Notes: a model not told the origin generated them from the sequence alone. Shown: positions 11,691 to 27,400, counted from the first letter of the whole stretch. The stretch: 55,878 bases of DNA, filler included, from Sluysia triapertura (GCA_046118255.1; 4 parts of 4 records of this genome joined end to end with filler, not necessarily neighbours in it); one strand, 5' to 3'. Numbers and translations are program-made.

Positions 11691-14600
11691 ATATTAGAAA
11701 TTTTTATCGTATATTTTTGAAAGTCGTATAATTTAAATGTGCGATGCTGAAGAAATTTTTAATAGTTCAGATGAGTTAGGAAATGGTTTTATTAATTATA
11801 GTATAAGGGTTGGATAATTCGATCTTGATATTTATCTGTAGAGTAAAAAATTTACAGTGGAATCAAGACATAATTTTGCATTGTCCTATCTCGAGTTTGA
11901 AACTGAATATCAACAATAATTTTGAAATAACTATTTCTAATATAAAATTGAAATAATAACTAAAACTGAGAATAGGAAAATGCTTGATCAAATAATATGT
12001 CGAATAATATAATAATATTAGTAATAATAACTATTATTATTAATTTGTCTAATAAATTATAACATAATTAACAATAACTTATCTGGGCTTGGTTAAAGAT
12101 AAAATAGAATTCAAATAAAAGTTCTACTATAACTAATTTGAAAGTGAATAAGAATTATTACTCCTAAGTTCTACGAGTTTAAACAAATAGTCAACAGTTT
12201 TGTTAATAGTTAATAGTTTTTGTAAACTGCCAACCAAAAAGTTTTTATCATAAATTATTAAAATAAACTTATTATTACAATGTTTTAATAAAATAATAAG
12301 ATTAAATTCAATAAATTTATAGAAAAGTTCCAATAATTAAAGAAGTTCTGTGCAAATCGAGAATGCAACAGTCATCAAATATTTTTATTGGAAGAATCAA
12401 CTACTGAGACAATTATCATTAATTAATTGTATTAAAAAATAATTAACTACATACATAGTAGTTTATTTTGGCCAATACATATACATTTCGAATATCAGCC
12501 TGTCTGTTTTAATAAATTGTTATTGATTTAAATAAAATGACTCATTTTTGCAAATACATTTCATTTAGTAAGCTCGTTAAATTGATTGCTCTATTGAATA
12601 ATTAGATATTTAAATATAGTGAATTTTTGGTGGAAATAGAAATTGTAAATCGAATGTATTATGAGGTCATACTTATTTATCGATTATTTTCATTCACAGA
12701 GTAATTGATAAAATAATAATAAATATTAAAAATGTCATTTACAAATTATAAAACAAAAAAAGTTATATAAATGATTTAAATAAATTATATAGTAATAGTT
12801 ATCGTAGTCTAAACAATAAAATCTTTAATTTTTGTTTTTAAGGCTTGTGCGTTAATAATAGGATAAGAAATTATTTATGAAATTAAATATTTAATGTCAA
12901 TCAACTACTTATTTAAATTAGTAACTAAACGTTATGTATTATTAATATAACGTTTTTGTATTTAAAGAATTGTCAAAAGCAAGGTATATTCTTTTTTTGA
13001 TTGGCAAACAGATAGCTTTACTAAATTAATTTATGAAATTTGAAGTTTATTAGTCCACAATTGATAATATTAATTTAATAATTAATAAAGCTGACATTTT
13101 TGTACTAAGTAACTGAGTTGCGTTTGAAATATTAACCGAGATCTTCGTCTATGTTTTTGATGGAACAATTAAATGATTATACATTTGAATTAAAATCTTG
13201 AATATGCTGACTGAAAATTTGGTTAATTATTTAAATTTATTTTATATAATGAATTTAAATGAATTTTATTCAGAATAAATATCGCTAATAGTATTATAAT
13301 CGAGCTTAGAATTTTGTAGATCTATTTCATATACAAAACTCAATTTGTATAAGAATTCGTTTATTTTTCTTGTAATAGTCCACTTTATTTTATTTTAAAG
13401 TCAATATGTATTTTAAAATCAAAATTCATTTAATAAAATCATGCTAAAATAAAATAATGTTGATTATTTTATATTAATGTAAAATTTGTTTATTAAGGAT
13501 ATTTTACCAATAAATCTTATTCGACTTGATTTAATTTTCTTCAGAAAGAAATGCAAAGTCTGCTATAATTACAGATTAATAAGGGAATTTTGCATAATAA
13601 TAATAGTGATAATAATAATAATAATGGTTTTTCTACGCAATCATTAAAAATATAAAGAATGAGTGCCTTCACCTACAATCCTGGTCTTGCAAGTTACGGC
13701 TAGTTTGTAGAATTTGTTTTATTTTAAAAAGAAGTCAGTAATTTTCTTATGATTAGTTTGTATGCAATAAAGCTTTTCTTGTAACTGTTCGTTTTTTAAG
13801 TCAAAAGAAACAATTATAAATATTCTTAAAGAATGGGTTCGCCTACGATAAACGTTTTATCTTATATGTAAGGACGTTTTCGTAGGATTTTAACGTATTA
13901 ATAAACTGAAGGTCAAGAACTAAAAGTGGCAACGTTACTTTATGAGGTTTTTTATTTATTTCAATGCTCAAAAACTTAATGGTGAATTTAAGAACGTTAA
14001 TCGACGAAGTTGATTTATAATAATCTGATCCCTTAAATACTCAAATGGTAATTTTTTAAATGCTCAAGCGTACGTGATGAACTTAAATAATCTATTTAAA
14101 CTCAATTTGCTAAATGATTTNNNNNNNNNNNNNNNNNNNNNNNNNNNNNNNNNNNNNNNNNNNNTTAATTAATTAANNNNNNNNNNNNNNNNNNNNNNNN
14201 NNNNNNNNNNNNNNNNNNNNCTTTGATTGTTATATGAATAAATATTATTTTGTCTCACTTTATTTTATTTTATTCTATTTTGTTTTATCTTTCCTTTAGG
14301 GTTCTCTCTTTCTACTTAACAATTAATTATTAAAGAAATAAATTCACAAAAAATTTTATTCAACAAAAATTTAAACACTTAATAACAAAATATAAAATGA
14401 CAATTAGTTTAATAAAGATAAATTTTAATGTTAATGAAATACAATATTTTAATTTTTCAAGCAAAAAAGCAATAATAAATACCGTAACGTTCAATATTCG
14501 ATCCAGTTAATGAGATTAAATGTTGCCAATAGAGTTCGGGATACTCGAACGAATTCCGTTAATAATAATTTGTACTGTCCAAAAAATAATCGTCCAAATT

Positions 14601-16366
14601 TCAATAAAATTTCTTATAGAAGTAATAAAATTAGTAATAATAATATACATAGTAATAATTTACAAGTAGTAACTAATAATAATACGCATAGAAATTATTT
14701 TTTGTCTGAAATAATTATACTAAATAATTTACAAGTAATAAACATAATAATTATTTTTTTGTCTGAAATTTTTGTAATAATAAGTAATTTATAAATAATA
14801 AATAGTAATGTATAAATGACACATACTAATCATTGTTTTTATCTAAAATTGTTGATAAATTTTAATTTTATAGTATTTATATTAAATCCCACTTTAATAT
14901 GGTTTTTGTCGATTAGAATGCTTTTAAATTATTCTCTCAATCTTTAATTTAAGTTAATTTTGATCGAGAATGTTATTAATTTTTAATTGTATACTAGTTT
15001 TACTAAACCTCAATTTAATATAATTTTAACTCTAATATTAGAATAATCTTTATGTTCTTAAAATTTAATATTATAGAATCTTTATAGAATCTCATTTTAA
15101 AATGATTATTTATTTTATTTTACTCTAAAATTAAATGTTATTTTGAATTTATATTAACTCTTTTAAATCTCATTTAAATTGATCAAAAGCATTATAATCT
15201 TAATGAAAATGATTTTAATTTTACTTTAAAAATAATTTTTATTATAAATAAATTTAAATTAAATCAATTTTAGATTTTAAAAATCAGTGAATATTACGTT
15301 ACAGAAGTATTACAACACAGTATTTTCATACACCTTTATTGTACGCATCTTCTACATATTATGTTTATTTAAAGAAATTAGGCTATTTGTCAGTTTTATG
15401 TATCTTGATCTTAATAGTAATCATAATTTATTTTTTATCTTCATGCAATCATATTTCTTTTATTATTTCAATTTTGCCTAGCTACATTACTCAATTGTTT
15501 TTCTTTTAATTTTTAGTGATTACTAATAAACGATTTCTATTAGATGAAGATGTATCAATTAGAATATTAAAAATCAAAACGTAAAAGATCTTGAAACACG
15601 TGATATAATCTATGGGTTTTTTTGCTGCATTACATTAAATATAAATTTTTTACGGCTATCAATGTTTACTTATATTGCTAGAAAGCTTATACCGTCTTTA
15701 TAATTCATTTTAGTTTTAAATATTAGTGTAGTATATTAAGTCAATTGTATTATTGATACCAGCTGGTATTTATTATTTAGTAATTTATCAATCATTTTCA
15801 TTATTTATCCAAGAATTATAATGAATTTCAAACAAATATTTTTAGAAGTATGTCGTTATACTTTTTCCGTTATCTTATTAGTTAATATAAAATCTTGTAT
15901 TTTAAATTTATTTATTGTGTTCGATTTTGTCAAAGGCCTTAAGCCTAAAATATTCTTAAAGTAGTCTTAAAGTTAATTCTCGAAATAGTAGATATTTATA
16001 TCATCAAAAAATTTCTTTATAAAAGTCTTGATACAATTAAAACAATAAATGTTGAAACACTTTCCTCAGTGGCAAATCTGTCGGTATTTGAGTTAAGTGT
16101 TATGTGAAGATAGGATAAGAAATAAATAATAAAATAAGAGAATAAAAGTAGTAAAAATAGGAGGATAGAAAGATAGTATATACGATGGCAATATAATTAT
16201 AATAATAATAAACAATTTAAACAGCAATGACAGTTATTGTGGGTTGACTTAATTTTATTGTGCTTATATTTTTATATACATTAGAAATCTCTTTTTAGCT
16301 TGGAGAATTTATATGCTTTACAAAGTTTTATATTATTATTATTAGAAAACCAGTACTTAAGGCACT

Positions 16367-17205
16367 TCAAATTATTTCCATTAAATTGTTGAGGGCGATA
16401 AATATAATTTTATTTGAATAGAATTTGTATACATCCACAGTAGTTTTTATATCACAACATAGAATCTCCTTGCATAAAAAGGTCTTACATGAGCAATACA
16501 TCTTCACGTGTAAGTTCAAGGCACGGTGGCGTCTGCTGTCTCCGTTTATACAACCGGCTCCAAAAGACCCAGTAATGTGATTGGCCAAACACACAACAGC
16601 AACGAATGAATAAGGGCAATCAGCCAAACCATCATAAGACATAGCGGTATACTTTAAAACCATTAAGACTAATGATATAAAACAATGTAAGTATTGATCA
16701 GGTTTTGGTAGAGACATAATGCAGTCGAGTGCTTTCATTACATCTTTTTTAACACTACATAATTCTTTACGAGTTAATTTAACAGCAATAAACAAACACA
16801 TGTCAATGATCTTGTTACAGGTTTCCATGTACTGTACACTTACTTCATACAAGCCTTGATCTACCGGTTCAACAGCGGTTTGATAACATTCGCGATGGAC
16901 TCCATTCTTTTTTGAAATGACGATTCAAATGGATAAGGTCTTCTTAAATGAGAGCCGTAAAAATTACAAAATTTAAATTCATTATGTTCGAAAACATCAA
17001 TGTCTTCTCTAATATAGATCAAATCTGGTATCGTAACTTGTTTAGCACGTTCTACTGCTGCGGCCACTTTAGACTGATGTTCTTGTGACAAAAATGGAAT
17101 AACTTGAACTAAAATGGCACCTAATCGTTTCGATATTTCGGTTTGTTTGTGCATTTCAGCATTTAACCCAAATGACATTTCGTAATACATAATATAATGA
17201 CTTCT
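16367..17205 (-). pseudogene. TLE: Groucho/TLE Q-domain fragment fused to a Cys-rich orphan domain (one frameshift at the A6 run 16908-16913)
   Basis: [58 protein letters not shown] closely matches the TLE Q domain. Similarity stops at IPDL and no WD40 repeats follow. The frame of ORF 16367..16852 stays open upstream past the A-run. Confidence 0.8.
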
Positions 17206-18711
17206 TACTTTTCTTGTAATACAATATAAACTCTGATTGATTCGAAGTTTTTGCGATTTAAAACTTTCTTTGTTCGTAAAAATCTTTTTTGAAAGTTTTA
17301 GTAATTAAAACAAAGGTTTTAATTAAATTTACAATAATACAATAATAATAGTAATAATAAAATTAAAATAAAATAATAATAATAAAGTAATAATAATGTA
17401 ATAATAATAGTACAAAATTAAAATCAAATTTCGTAACTAAGTTACATAAAAAATGTGTACTCTGTGGGTCATTACGTAACTTGTTAATTCGGTTGATATT
17501 GTTGACTCATCGTGAGTGAACGAAATAGAAAATTTGAAAGGAAAAATTGTGACAAATAGAAATTTCACAAAAGATGTAGAAATAAAAACACATACATAAT
17601 CAAGTATTTCAGTTATTAAATTTTATTGGCATTCTTGTTGATTGACTTATTTCATTGTTGAGCTAAAAACATTAAAAGTAAAATAGTTAAATTTAAATTA
17701 GACGATATTGATGTGTTTCTCATGTGTTATGAATTAGCATAATATTGGATGGTATTTGAATGCCAGCTTGATATTTTAAAATTTCCTTAATTTTTTTTAC
17801 GAAAATGTTCAAATTAAATATTTATTGTGCCGATTATTGGAAACAATATAACTTATGATTTTTCGTATGATCTTTCGAGTTCATTTTACAAAAAGATGAT
17901 CTTGTTCAAATGTGTTTGATAAATTATCGAAAAATAAGTTTTCGTTATTTTTTTAACAATAGAAAATGACAGAGTATCCTGTTATTCTGTCAAAAGAATA
18001 TTAGTAGGTAATATATAATTGGGACATTTGTCTGCCGATTGGATTTCACAAACTGAAGCAGTTCTTTTCGAATATGTGTTGACAAACTGTTTGAAATGTA
18101 AAATTGACTTAAGATAAATTTTCATTGAAATGTCAATCAAATAAATCAAATCTGTCTTTATTCTCAGTTTGAAGTAATTATTTATTTAATTACTGATTCT
18201 TTTAAAATTAGCATCATTTATTTTTCTTGAATAATATTAATGTGTTAAACCATGACCAATTGAAGTTTTATATTCGTGAAACTCGACTTTATATCTGAAG
18301 TTTGATTTCAGACATGGAAATTTACATATTAAAACAGCAACGTTTTTCAACAAATACGCTACCACTATACAATAACAAATGAGAATTATGTAGCATAGAC
18401 GAAAAGCTACCATAATTTAGAATATTTTGTTGAACATGAACTCAAGAAGCATTTTTTTGTTCGTTAAACTCATCAGTTTCAAATCTGGATTAAACACGTT
18501 CAAAGTTATTGGTAAAAAGAATTAAATAAGACATTCAAAGTTTTAAAATTACAATAATTACAATGAGTTGGCAACAAGCTTTACGTATAAGAGAGTGTTA
18601 TTGAAAAAAAGATTTTACTACGCGTCTATGATGTGTCAGGGATAACAGGTGTGATGATGCAGATATTGAGAATGTGATTTATTTTAATATGGTTTTTGTT
18701 TGTGATGAGGT

Positions 18712-19070
18712 TTATGTGGTTGATGGTGATAGTGACTGAAGTGTATGTAGTATATTGAAGTGTGACACCACAATAGTCCTTCCTTTTGTGTTACCTAAAA
18801 TGGTATTAATATTATAATTGACGATTCTATTACAAATTGAGTCCGCTATCCTAATGTCCAGTTTCGCTTGGTTGGTTTCCGTTGCTATGAACATTATTCT
18901 CCGTAGACTGATATTAAAGTTAGAAAATTAAACTTATGTAAATAATTTTACTTAGTTTACCATCCAAGAATTTGCATCGATGGTTACTTTAATTTTGTCT
19001 AATACGGCTGTACAAATTTCACTAATACTTATATTGAATTTTGTGCAGCCATATTGATTGCTTTTCTTCT
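18712..19070 (-). CDS. Possible small two-exon orphan gene or fragment
   Basis: A GT-AG intron at about 18961-18909 joins QYGCTKFNISISEICTAVLDKIKVTIDANSW in frame to ORF 18712..18894. No start codon or family identified. Confidence 0.25.
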
Positions 19071-19360
19071 TTATATTTATTGATTAATTTAAACAAAAGA
19101 TTTAATATAATATACATTATATTAAATAATATGTTATATTTTATTAATTTAGTAAATTATTTTATCTTTTATTTACAATTAATATGACACAAATATAAAT
19201 TATTTACATAAATTATGCAATTAAAAATATTGAGGTCTTTGAACAAATAATTAATCATAAATACTAAAATTATAAATAAAACAAGTAAAAATAAACAAAT
19301 AACAATTTAAAGCTTTAAAACTTTAACATAATCTATTGAAATTAAAGGAATAAATTTTGC

Positions 19361-20810
19361 ATGGAAATGCCGTGGCGTTTAAATAAGAACAAAGCAAAAT
19401 GTAGGCAGTTCAATAAAATACTAATGCAAGTGATGATTCTACTAGTGGCTTACCTTCGCAACACAAAATTAATCTACGAAAAAGAAGCGATATTTCAACC
19501 TCATCATTTACAAAAAGCAATTCAATTATTTCAAAATATTTTAAAACAAATGTTGATGAAACACTTCCCGTCGTAATTTCAATATGTTAGCCTATAGTGG
19601 TGTACTTATGATTTAAGACAATTGCTAATATCCGAAGGACAAACTTAGCCAATAGTATTAAAAGATCACTATGGATTATGGATCTAAGGTAAAATGTGAA
19701 GTAAAATCCGAAATATTTAATCTAGCTTGAATTTGAACAAAGTTTAGACTTACTTTTGATGAGCGGACAAAATCGAAAATAAATGAATATAGAAAATATA
19801 AAAATTCTGGAATATTGGATTGATTCATGTTAAAAGTTTGGAACTAATTAAACAAAAATGTACAACATCGTATAACTGGTAATATGACAGATGGTGTGGC
19901 TGTTATGAAGAAACTTGAAAGAACTGTAAATTGCAATCATCAATTGTGTTTAATGCATGGAACCCAATTAGTGACGATTAAAGAATTGTATAAAAACTCA
20001 CTGACAATAAATTCAAATATATCTTAATGAAATTGAATCAGAGAATGAAAAAAGTGAATCTGAAATTACAGAAGGTTTGTATTGTATCTGATAACAAAAA
20101 TTTGTATTGTGATGTAGCTCTGAATGATAATATTTTCCCAATAATTACTAAAATAAGACATTTGGTGAAATTGTTTAGGAATTCTACAAAAAATGATGTA
20201 CTTCAAAAGTAATTAAAAAGCAAATTTGACGGATAGTCTTCTCTATCTATGATGAAACGGTTTTATTAATTGAAAACTTGAATCTGAAAATGTCTTATAG
20301 GTTTAAAAATTGAAACTTCATTTTCAGATGATCATATTAAAACAATCAATGACATAATATCCACGCTATCCCAAGTTAAATTGGTTAAATTATCAAATCA
20401 AAACACAACGATCAGTAGATTTGAACATGAATTGCTTAATCAACTAGAGGTAAGACGAACTTCATATTCAGACGTGCTCCAGTATCTTCATGATGCATCG
20501 ATTACTTTATTTAATAAATCAGAAATCACCCGTCTTAGAGCTGCAACGAATAAATGAATACTTCTGAAGATGAATCGAACCAGCTAATTTACTGGCTCAT
20601 AAGGGAAAAAGCTCTTTTAAATTTAATAATATTAATGTGCCAAAAGTAAATAATCTAAAAATTTAAAAAACTTATTAAAATATGAAACGGCATTGTTTGA
20701 AGAAGGCCAATAAATTGGCGAGTTACTGTAACTCGCTTACAATTATTTTCTGCAACAAGTCAATTGTGTATAAAAATTTAATTACGACTTAATGATGAGT
20801 CAATAAATAT
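19361..20810 (+). mobile_element. Decayed hAT transposase
   Basis: BED-finger remnant (KAKCRQ.NKIL...STSGL), LTFDERT (first catalytic D), MTDGVAVMKKL (second D), HQLCLMHGTQL (CxxH) and IITKIRHLVKLFRNS, with many stops and frameshifts. Confidence 0.8.
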
Positions 20811-21477
20811 ATATCTTAATGAAAATATCTTATACTTTGATATATTCAAATTTAATATTTCTTAATAATATAATAATAAATAATCATAATCATAATCATA
20901 ATAATGACAATAATAATAATGATTATTTTTTTAAAAAATATTGCGTGGGCTTTGAAAATTGAATTGAAAAAAACAAATTTTCTATTGTCATTAACAAACA
21001 GAATAAAAATTATGGGAAAATTACTCAATACCAGTTTTAATTAATTTTTCTAACAAATACAACTGATTATCTTTAATTGCACTGCGACACCGAGCTATCA
21101 ATTGTGTTCNNNNNNNNNNNNNNNNNNNNNNNNNNNNNNNNNNNNNNNNNNNNNNNNNNNNNNNNNNNNNNNNNNNNNNNNNNNNNNNNNNNNNNNNNNN
21201 NNNNNNNNNNNNNNNNNNNNNNNNNNNNNNNNNNNNNNNNNNNNNNNNNNNNNNNNNAGGAAGAAAAATGTTATTAATGTATAAGTTGTTGAATTCTAAC
21301 CGTAAATGCGTTTACTATTTGATCGAATTATTTTCTAGATATAACAATATTTGATCATTGTTTTCGTAAAATTTTTGTTTAGCATCATTAATTCATGTGA
21401 TCACATTAAAATAAATAAAATTAAAATCCAAAACAGTCCAATATAATTTGTTTATCGTAATTTTATTTTCTACACAG

Positions 21478-24400
21478 GAGGCCGCCGCTTTAGAAGATCG
21501 CGATAATGAACAAGTTATGAAACGAAATTGTGGTCGTAAATTAAGATTTGGAGACGTTGTACAAGTATACGTTTATTATTCTTATTAAATAATTGTTTTC
21601 ATAGTTAAAACATGTTTTTAGTGGATCTTATTTACACATAAATTCGAACCAATTGAGTGATATACAGAAAAGTGCTTTCAAGGTTATTTAATAATAATGA
21701 TAATAAATACTAATATAATTAATTTATTGTAGACTACTTTGAAACCATACAGTTTGAAAATGGCTCAATTTATTATAGTACCGAAATACAAAGTAGATAT
21801 AGAAGGTTCAGAGGTAAACTTAATTTTCTACTAATTTTTTTGAAAGGTTTTGGACGGTTCTTACATTTCTCTAGAAAGCGTAGCCAGTAGAAGTTATTTT
21901 TTGCACACAACTGCTAATCCATTACATCCTCCTACGAAATCGAAACCTGGATAGTAAGTGGAATTTCAGTTTTAGCATATTCATTAAAATTTATTAATTG
22001 ATTAAACATTAATTTATTACATATTATTGATTATTTATAATTTAAAGTAAATAAAACTGTTTTTATTCAGTTCTGAATTGAATGCCAGTCTAGAAAAACA
22101 TGGTTTCATTTTGTATAAATCAAGAACGAAATTACAAAGTACAAAAGGATATCTTTGTGTAAATAAAATAATAAGATAATTTTTGATATTTTAGGGTATG
22201 GATTTGATTCATTTTTATCACCAAGAATCAGAAGCTTATTGTACTGCAGAAGGGTATTGTGGTGGAAGCGTTACTGAAAAATGTAATTTTTAATTACGAT
22301 TCTAAAATAACGAAACAATGAATTATAATTTCAAGGATTGAAAACCAAAAATAATGTACAATATTAAATGATTTTAAGTAATTTTGACGCTAGTGGTCGC
22401 TTGTAAATTTTGTTTTACTTCTAAAGTTACCTTTTGATCTTATGTTATAAGGGAAAAAATTATCAATTTATTAAATTATGTAATCAATTTCACATTGTAC
22501 ATTAATACGATTTTTATATAAATTCTTAATCCCATGTAACAGAATATAATTTATTTTATAACATCATACTTATTAAAATTATTGTTAATATAAGCCAACA
22601 AAGTTTGTTTAAAAGATTTATTCAAATTCTTTGTCGTATTTCGGAAATATTTCAAGCACGATCTAATCATTTCATCATCTCTATTAATCCTTTAGTGCCT
22701 AATGAGTTATATATGTTCTATAAGTTTCAAAAAGTACTGAAGTAAGAAGGGTCCAACACAAAATATTGTAATCGTGCAGTTGCATATATGTAATTGTAAT
22801 TTGTAAAATAATTGCAAAAATAAGAGTTTTCATTGGTGGATTTTTAAATAAAATTTATTTTATTTTCAGTGGGTTATTTTTATCCCTTTAGTAATGAAAA
22901 ATGTTTATTTTAGGAAAATTACTTGAATAAAAATTCGGAGCGAAAGGGTTAGTAGAAACTTCAGTTGTAGTATCTATTGGCAATTTTTGTGAGATGTGAG
23001 TACTCCGTAAAGATAATCCATATAGCCGGACTGAAGAATCACGAAACTTAGTGTTTTGACTAATCTGTTTTCAAATTTTTAGACATTTAAGTCTCAGCTT
23101 TGTGATTGATATTCCATATTACTGTACACAACTCAATTAACTTGATCTTTGTTGTATAATGCTTCATCAACTTCGTGTTTTGGAGGGCTGCACTATTACC
23201 ACGTAATTTATTGTAAGCACTAAGTGATTCGAAATGTTTATGATTAATATAATTAGTATATTTCATGATTTCAGAAATTAATAATTTGCATATCATGCAT
23301 GACCAAATATTACAGTGTACAATTTTCAAAATATATATGTTTACTTCAACACATTCTCAAAACATTAATCACTTTTGAATGATGCAATATTATATTTAAT
23401 ATTTACGAATGGATAGAAAATAATACTTTTCAAACTGTTTATAAATTAAATTTTTATAATATAAGAACAACTGTTAATTCATATAAGGAAGAGCTATTAT
23501 TTGAATACCTTGGAGTTTTCAAAAATTGCTAACTTTTAATGGGATTTGACTGTGCAGAACATGATTATCAAAATATAACATTGACCGTTATAATGGTTTG
23601 CATATTTTGAAGCGAGACATTGTTGGATCTTTATTCACTTCGAATTCTGTAACAAGTTTAAGTCGTAACTGAAATAACTAAACATAATTAATAAAACGAT
23701 TTCAAATCTAAGGCAAACTCTATTTTTTGAAAGCATTTTCATCAGTTCATAAATTGAGATTTAGAATTTACTTTTCAAACTTCTTCCTTCAAAAAAGTTA
23801 TTAAGTGATACTTGTAATTATAAACATGAATTTGAAATTTCATTCAATTGAGGTTAATTTCTAAGATTGTATCTTAACATTCATTGAAGCATCACACTCA
23901 ATAGGTTTTAATAACGTCGTTATTTCTTAACAAAGCAAACTCAAGTAATAGAGTAATTAATAATAAATCAATAATATTTTTGGAATATATTTAAAGTTTT
24001 AGTATTTGTATTATTATATATTGTAATTAATTTCTTTTAATTGTATTATTTATTAGACAGAAAATTAATATTTATATTTAACATTTATTAAAACGTTTCA
24101 TTTTATTTCAGTGCATATGCGTATTCGAAAAATTGATTTACTTGACATTCGTACTTTAACACCTTCCACTAATTGCAATACGTATTGGGAAATAGAAAAA
24201 GCTGACGAACCATATTCGAGTAAGTTTAAATTAGTGCATTATGCAGTTTAAATATTTTTCAAATTTATAATTAGTAAAGTAATGCCAAATAAGTGTCTGA
24301 TTTAAGATAAAAGAAGTCTTAAAAAGAATAAACTTGTCAGTACCACAGAAATCAATATTGCATTTTTAACTTAGAAAAAATGTAAAACATTTTAGTGAGA

Positions 24401-27400
24401 GTGGTTACGTATAATAACTTTTCTTATCTGAATTCCAATTGGACAATGCATTCCAAAAGAAAATAACTTTTTTGATTTCAAATAGAAATAGTCTTCGTAT
24501 CTTGCGAAATCTGACTCCAAAATTTATTGTCAGCTGTAGCTCGTGATTTAATGAATATATTGCTGTTTAATGTTATTATTCATCAATTTTAAGAACGATC
24601 TCTTCTGTATTGATAGAATCATTAAATGGTAATGACAAGAAGGTAGCTGTTTTTTCCATTTTAGAAAAATCTTTAAATCCTGTACTGAATTTGTTTAAAA
24701 GAGAGTAGTAGCTTATTGGTAATTTATTGCAAACAGTTTTTAGTGAATGTTTGGATTATTCCATATTTTTTGAAACGGCCTTCAAACATGGACAGCCATT
24801 ATCATGTTTTGTAATGTTACTAACATTAATAAGGGATGCGATTCTTCTTTTGTAACCAATAACTCTTTTATTTCAGGTAAAAGATCTCTGAGTCGATTTA
24901 GAAACTTTGCACGACTTAGTTACTTTATATCCGTATGTAGTAATAGTTCACTATTTTCAATGTTCGAAATTGACGTAGACTTATTCCACGGATGAAATTA
25001 ACAATTTTAAACATAATATTTATCACATGGTTCGAATTCAGTACCTCTGAGCATAGGTTTGTTGGTGGATAATACAATGATAAGAACTAAAGCCCGGTAT
25101 TTCATCATTTTGTAAAATGTAATAAATCCGCCATGTTTGCCAATCGTCGAAGGAGCTCTATCCGTCGTAATTGATATCAACTTATGAATCGAAAAATTGG
25201 TGCGACTTATAAAAGATTTAATTAAACTGTAAATATATATTGACCTCTTGTTTGTCCTTTAATGAAAAGAATAGTCGAGCTCTTCTGTGGCTGAATTACC
25301 TTCGAAAACCATTCGAATAAATCTATAGATTCATCAAATTATTAATGTTTTTCTGCAAATTTTCTTCCAAATTTTTGTATTATTTAATATTGTCGATGCA
25401 TAATATTGTTGCGTGACAGTGACACATTGACACACATCTAATTGTTCTTCGGAGTTTAATGGAAAGTTCGAAAATGTCATTCAACATTGAAGGTTTCAGG
25501 TATTGCAAGACAAACATACTTATCCATTCAATATAATAATGATATGTTTTAGTCCCTTTGTTTAGCTGAGTCATTTATGAAGAAAAAAATTAATTAATTG
25601 ATTTAATTAATTATAGTATGGAACGATATTTCAAATTGAAATACCTAGATATAGGAATTTTCACACAAAGAATATCCTTCAACGCTTATTCAGAAAAATC
25701 GAAAATGTTAATGTTTGCAAAACAATTTCGTTTTTATTTGTTCGTGCCTATTAATAATATTCAATATTAATTATACTCACTACTTTATTATAATGAAGTA
25801 ATATTACATAATGTACTTTTTTGCTTGGGATATGAAGATTCATTTGTGGGCGACCAGTCTTTGCTATATAAAAATACAAATCATTGAAAGAACGTTTTGA
25901 TACAATACAAACTTCTTTATGTACGTGATTGTCAGTAAGAGCATATTATCAATTAATGATTTTATAAATAACGTGATCTGCATTTTGAGTACTTTTAAAA
26001 GTAATTAAATCCGCATAGCAAAAGCAAATAAATTGTATTATTAATTGTATAATTTTATTCTAATCTTCAAGTAAAAATATATACTATACTTAGTTAATAC
26101 TTCTGTAAATCATATGGAAACCTGTGTGGAAAATATATAATAATGAAGTAATACTATAATAATAATGATGATGATAGTATATAATATTCGTGGTTCATCA
26201 GCACCTTGGTATTCTATAATGCAATATGTCTATGAATTCGTAAATCTTTAAAGCTTAAGAAACAATAAATTGAAAAATTATTGTGAAGAAATTCATTTAA
26301 CATAACATTGGTCGTTACGTTCATTATCATTTTCATTAAAAGAGGACACTGATTTTAATATAATAAGAAAATAAATATTTTTATCAAATATGTCTATTGT
26401 TTGGAATTTCAATGCTAATCAGACATTTTATAATGCCTTTTCCGGAGGCAATGTTTCGAAATAAATTCATGTTTTTGATTATCGATATTGTTCATTTTAA
26501 AATATATTTTTTAATTATAAATGTGAAAATTTCTAAATTTTATTTTTGTTTAATTCAATGGATTTTATATTTTAATTTTTTTTGGCCAAAGGTGAGGTTT
26601 TGAAGATTTTTAGACTTTCCGTTGGATGAATGTGATTATAAAGACGTGTATATTATCTAATCGTTAAGCCACAGTTTAAATAATTTAAAAATAATTGTTT
26701 ATTTATAGTAACACTCGAAGATTTAGATTTGGGTGACTTGATTGTGCAATAATATAAATAACAATAAATATTTTCTATAAATATCATTCTAACAATGATA
26801 ATTGCAAGGTTTAGACATTAAATTAATCACTTTAATATTTCATTTAATCCATTCAAAAAATGCACAATAAAACAATAAAATCATCAAAGAAAAATTAGCA
26901 GAATATAATATCAAATTAATTGAAAGAAAAAATATATCGTTTGTTTTTTTAGTTAATCACAACTTTGTTTTTATTCATTTAATAGCATACTTTCTTACGT
27001 GATTAGAATATATAACAAAATCGTTTTCATAACCGTGCTTATCGCTTATATCTATTGTATTCGGATTTCGACTTTTGATTGGGTTGAATTGAGAAAAAAA
27101 GTATGTTTCGTTGTGCTCTTTACAGATTCTTTGTTATGAATCGAACAATTATACCTTAACTACGGGTATATATTTAATAGGTAAACCGCTCATACGCAAA
27201 AAAAAACAAAAAATAAAAATTATTTATTTTGTTTTAGAACAATAGTGTAGCAAGAATAAAATTTAAAAACATTATTCTTTCACTTAGAACGAAATACATT
27301 ATCCTTCTGTAAGTTGATCTTCCTGCAATTTGAAGCTGTCTCTGTCTATATCGTGTACCAAATGTAAAATTTCAATTGGAGTTCATTTTAGCCTATTAGA

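Noticed and set aside
11737-11800. EF-hand-like peptide MCDAEEIFNSSDELGNGFINYS
   Set aside because: A single short imperfect loop with no supporting exons.
14121-14220. TTAATTAATTAA centred in 100-nt N gaps (also 31928-32027 and 43193-43292)
   Set aside because: An identical 12-mer with stops in all six frames in the middle of fixed-length gaps is a scaffolding linker. Adjacency across these gaps is therefore uncertain.
16905-16915. Programmed -1 frameshift at A_AAA_AAG in the TLE fusion
   Set aside because: The heptamer is phased in the destination frame rather than the zero frame. A homopolymer indel or sequencing error is simpler.
17965-18100. Possible first exons of the ITPR-like gene (YIIGTFVC.., FRICV..)
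   Set aside because: Similarity is too weak, there are in-frame stops, and no consistent splice sites.
21077-21284. ORFs spanning the N run
   Set aside because: Artefacts of translating through a gap.
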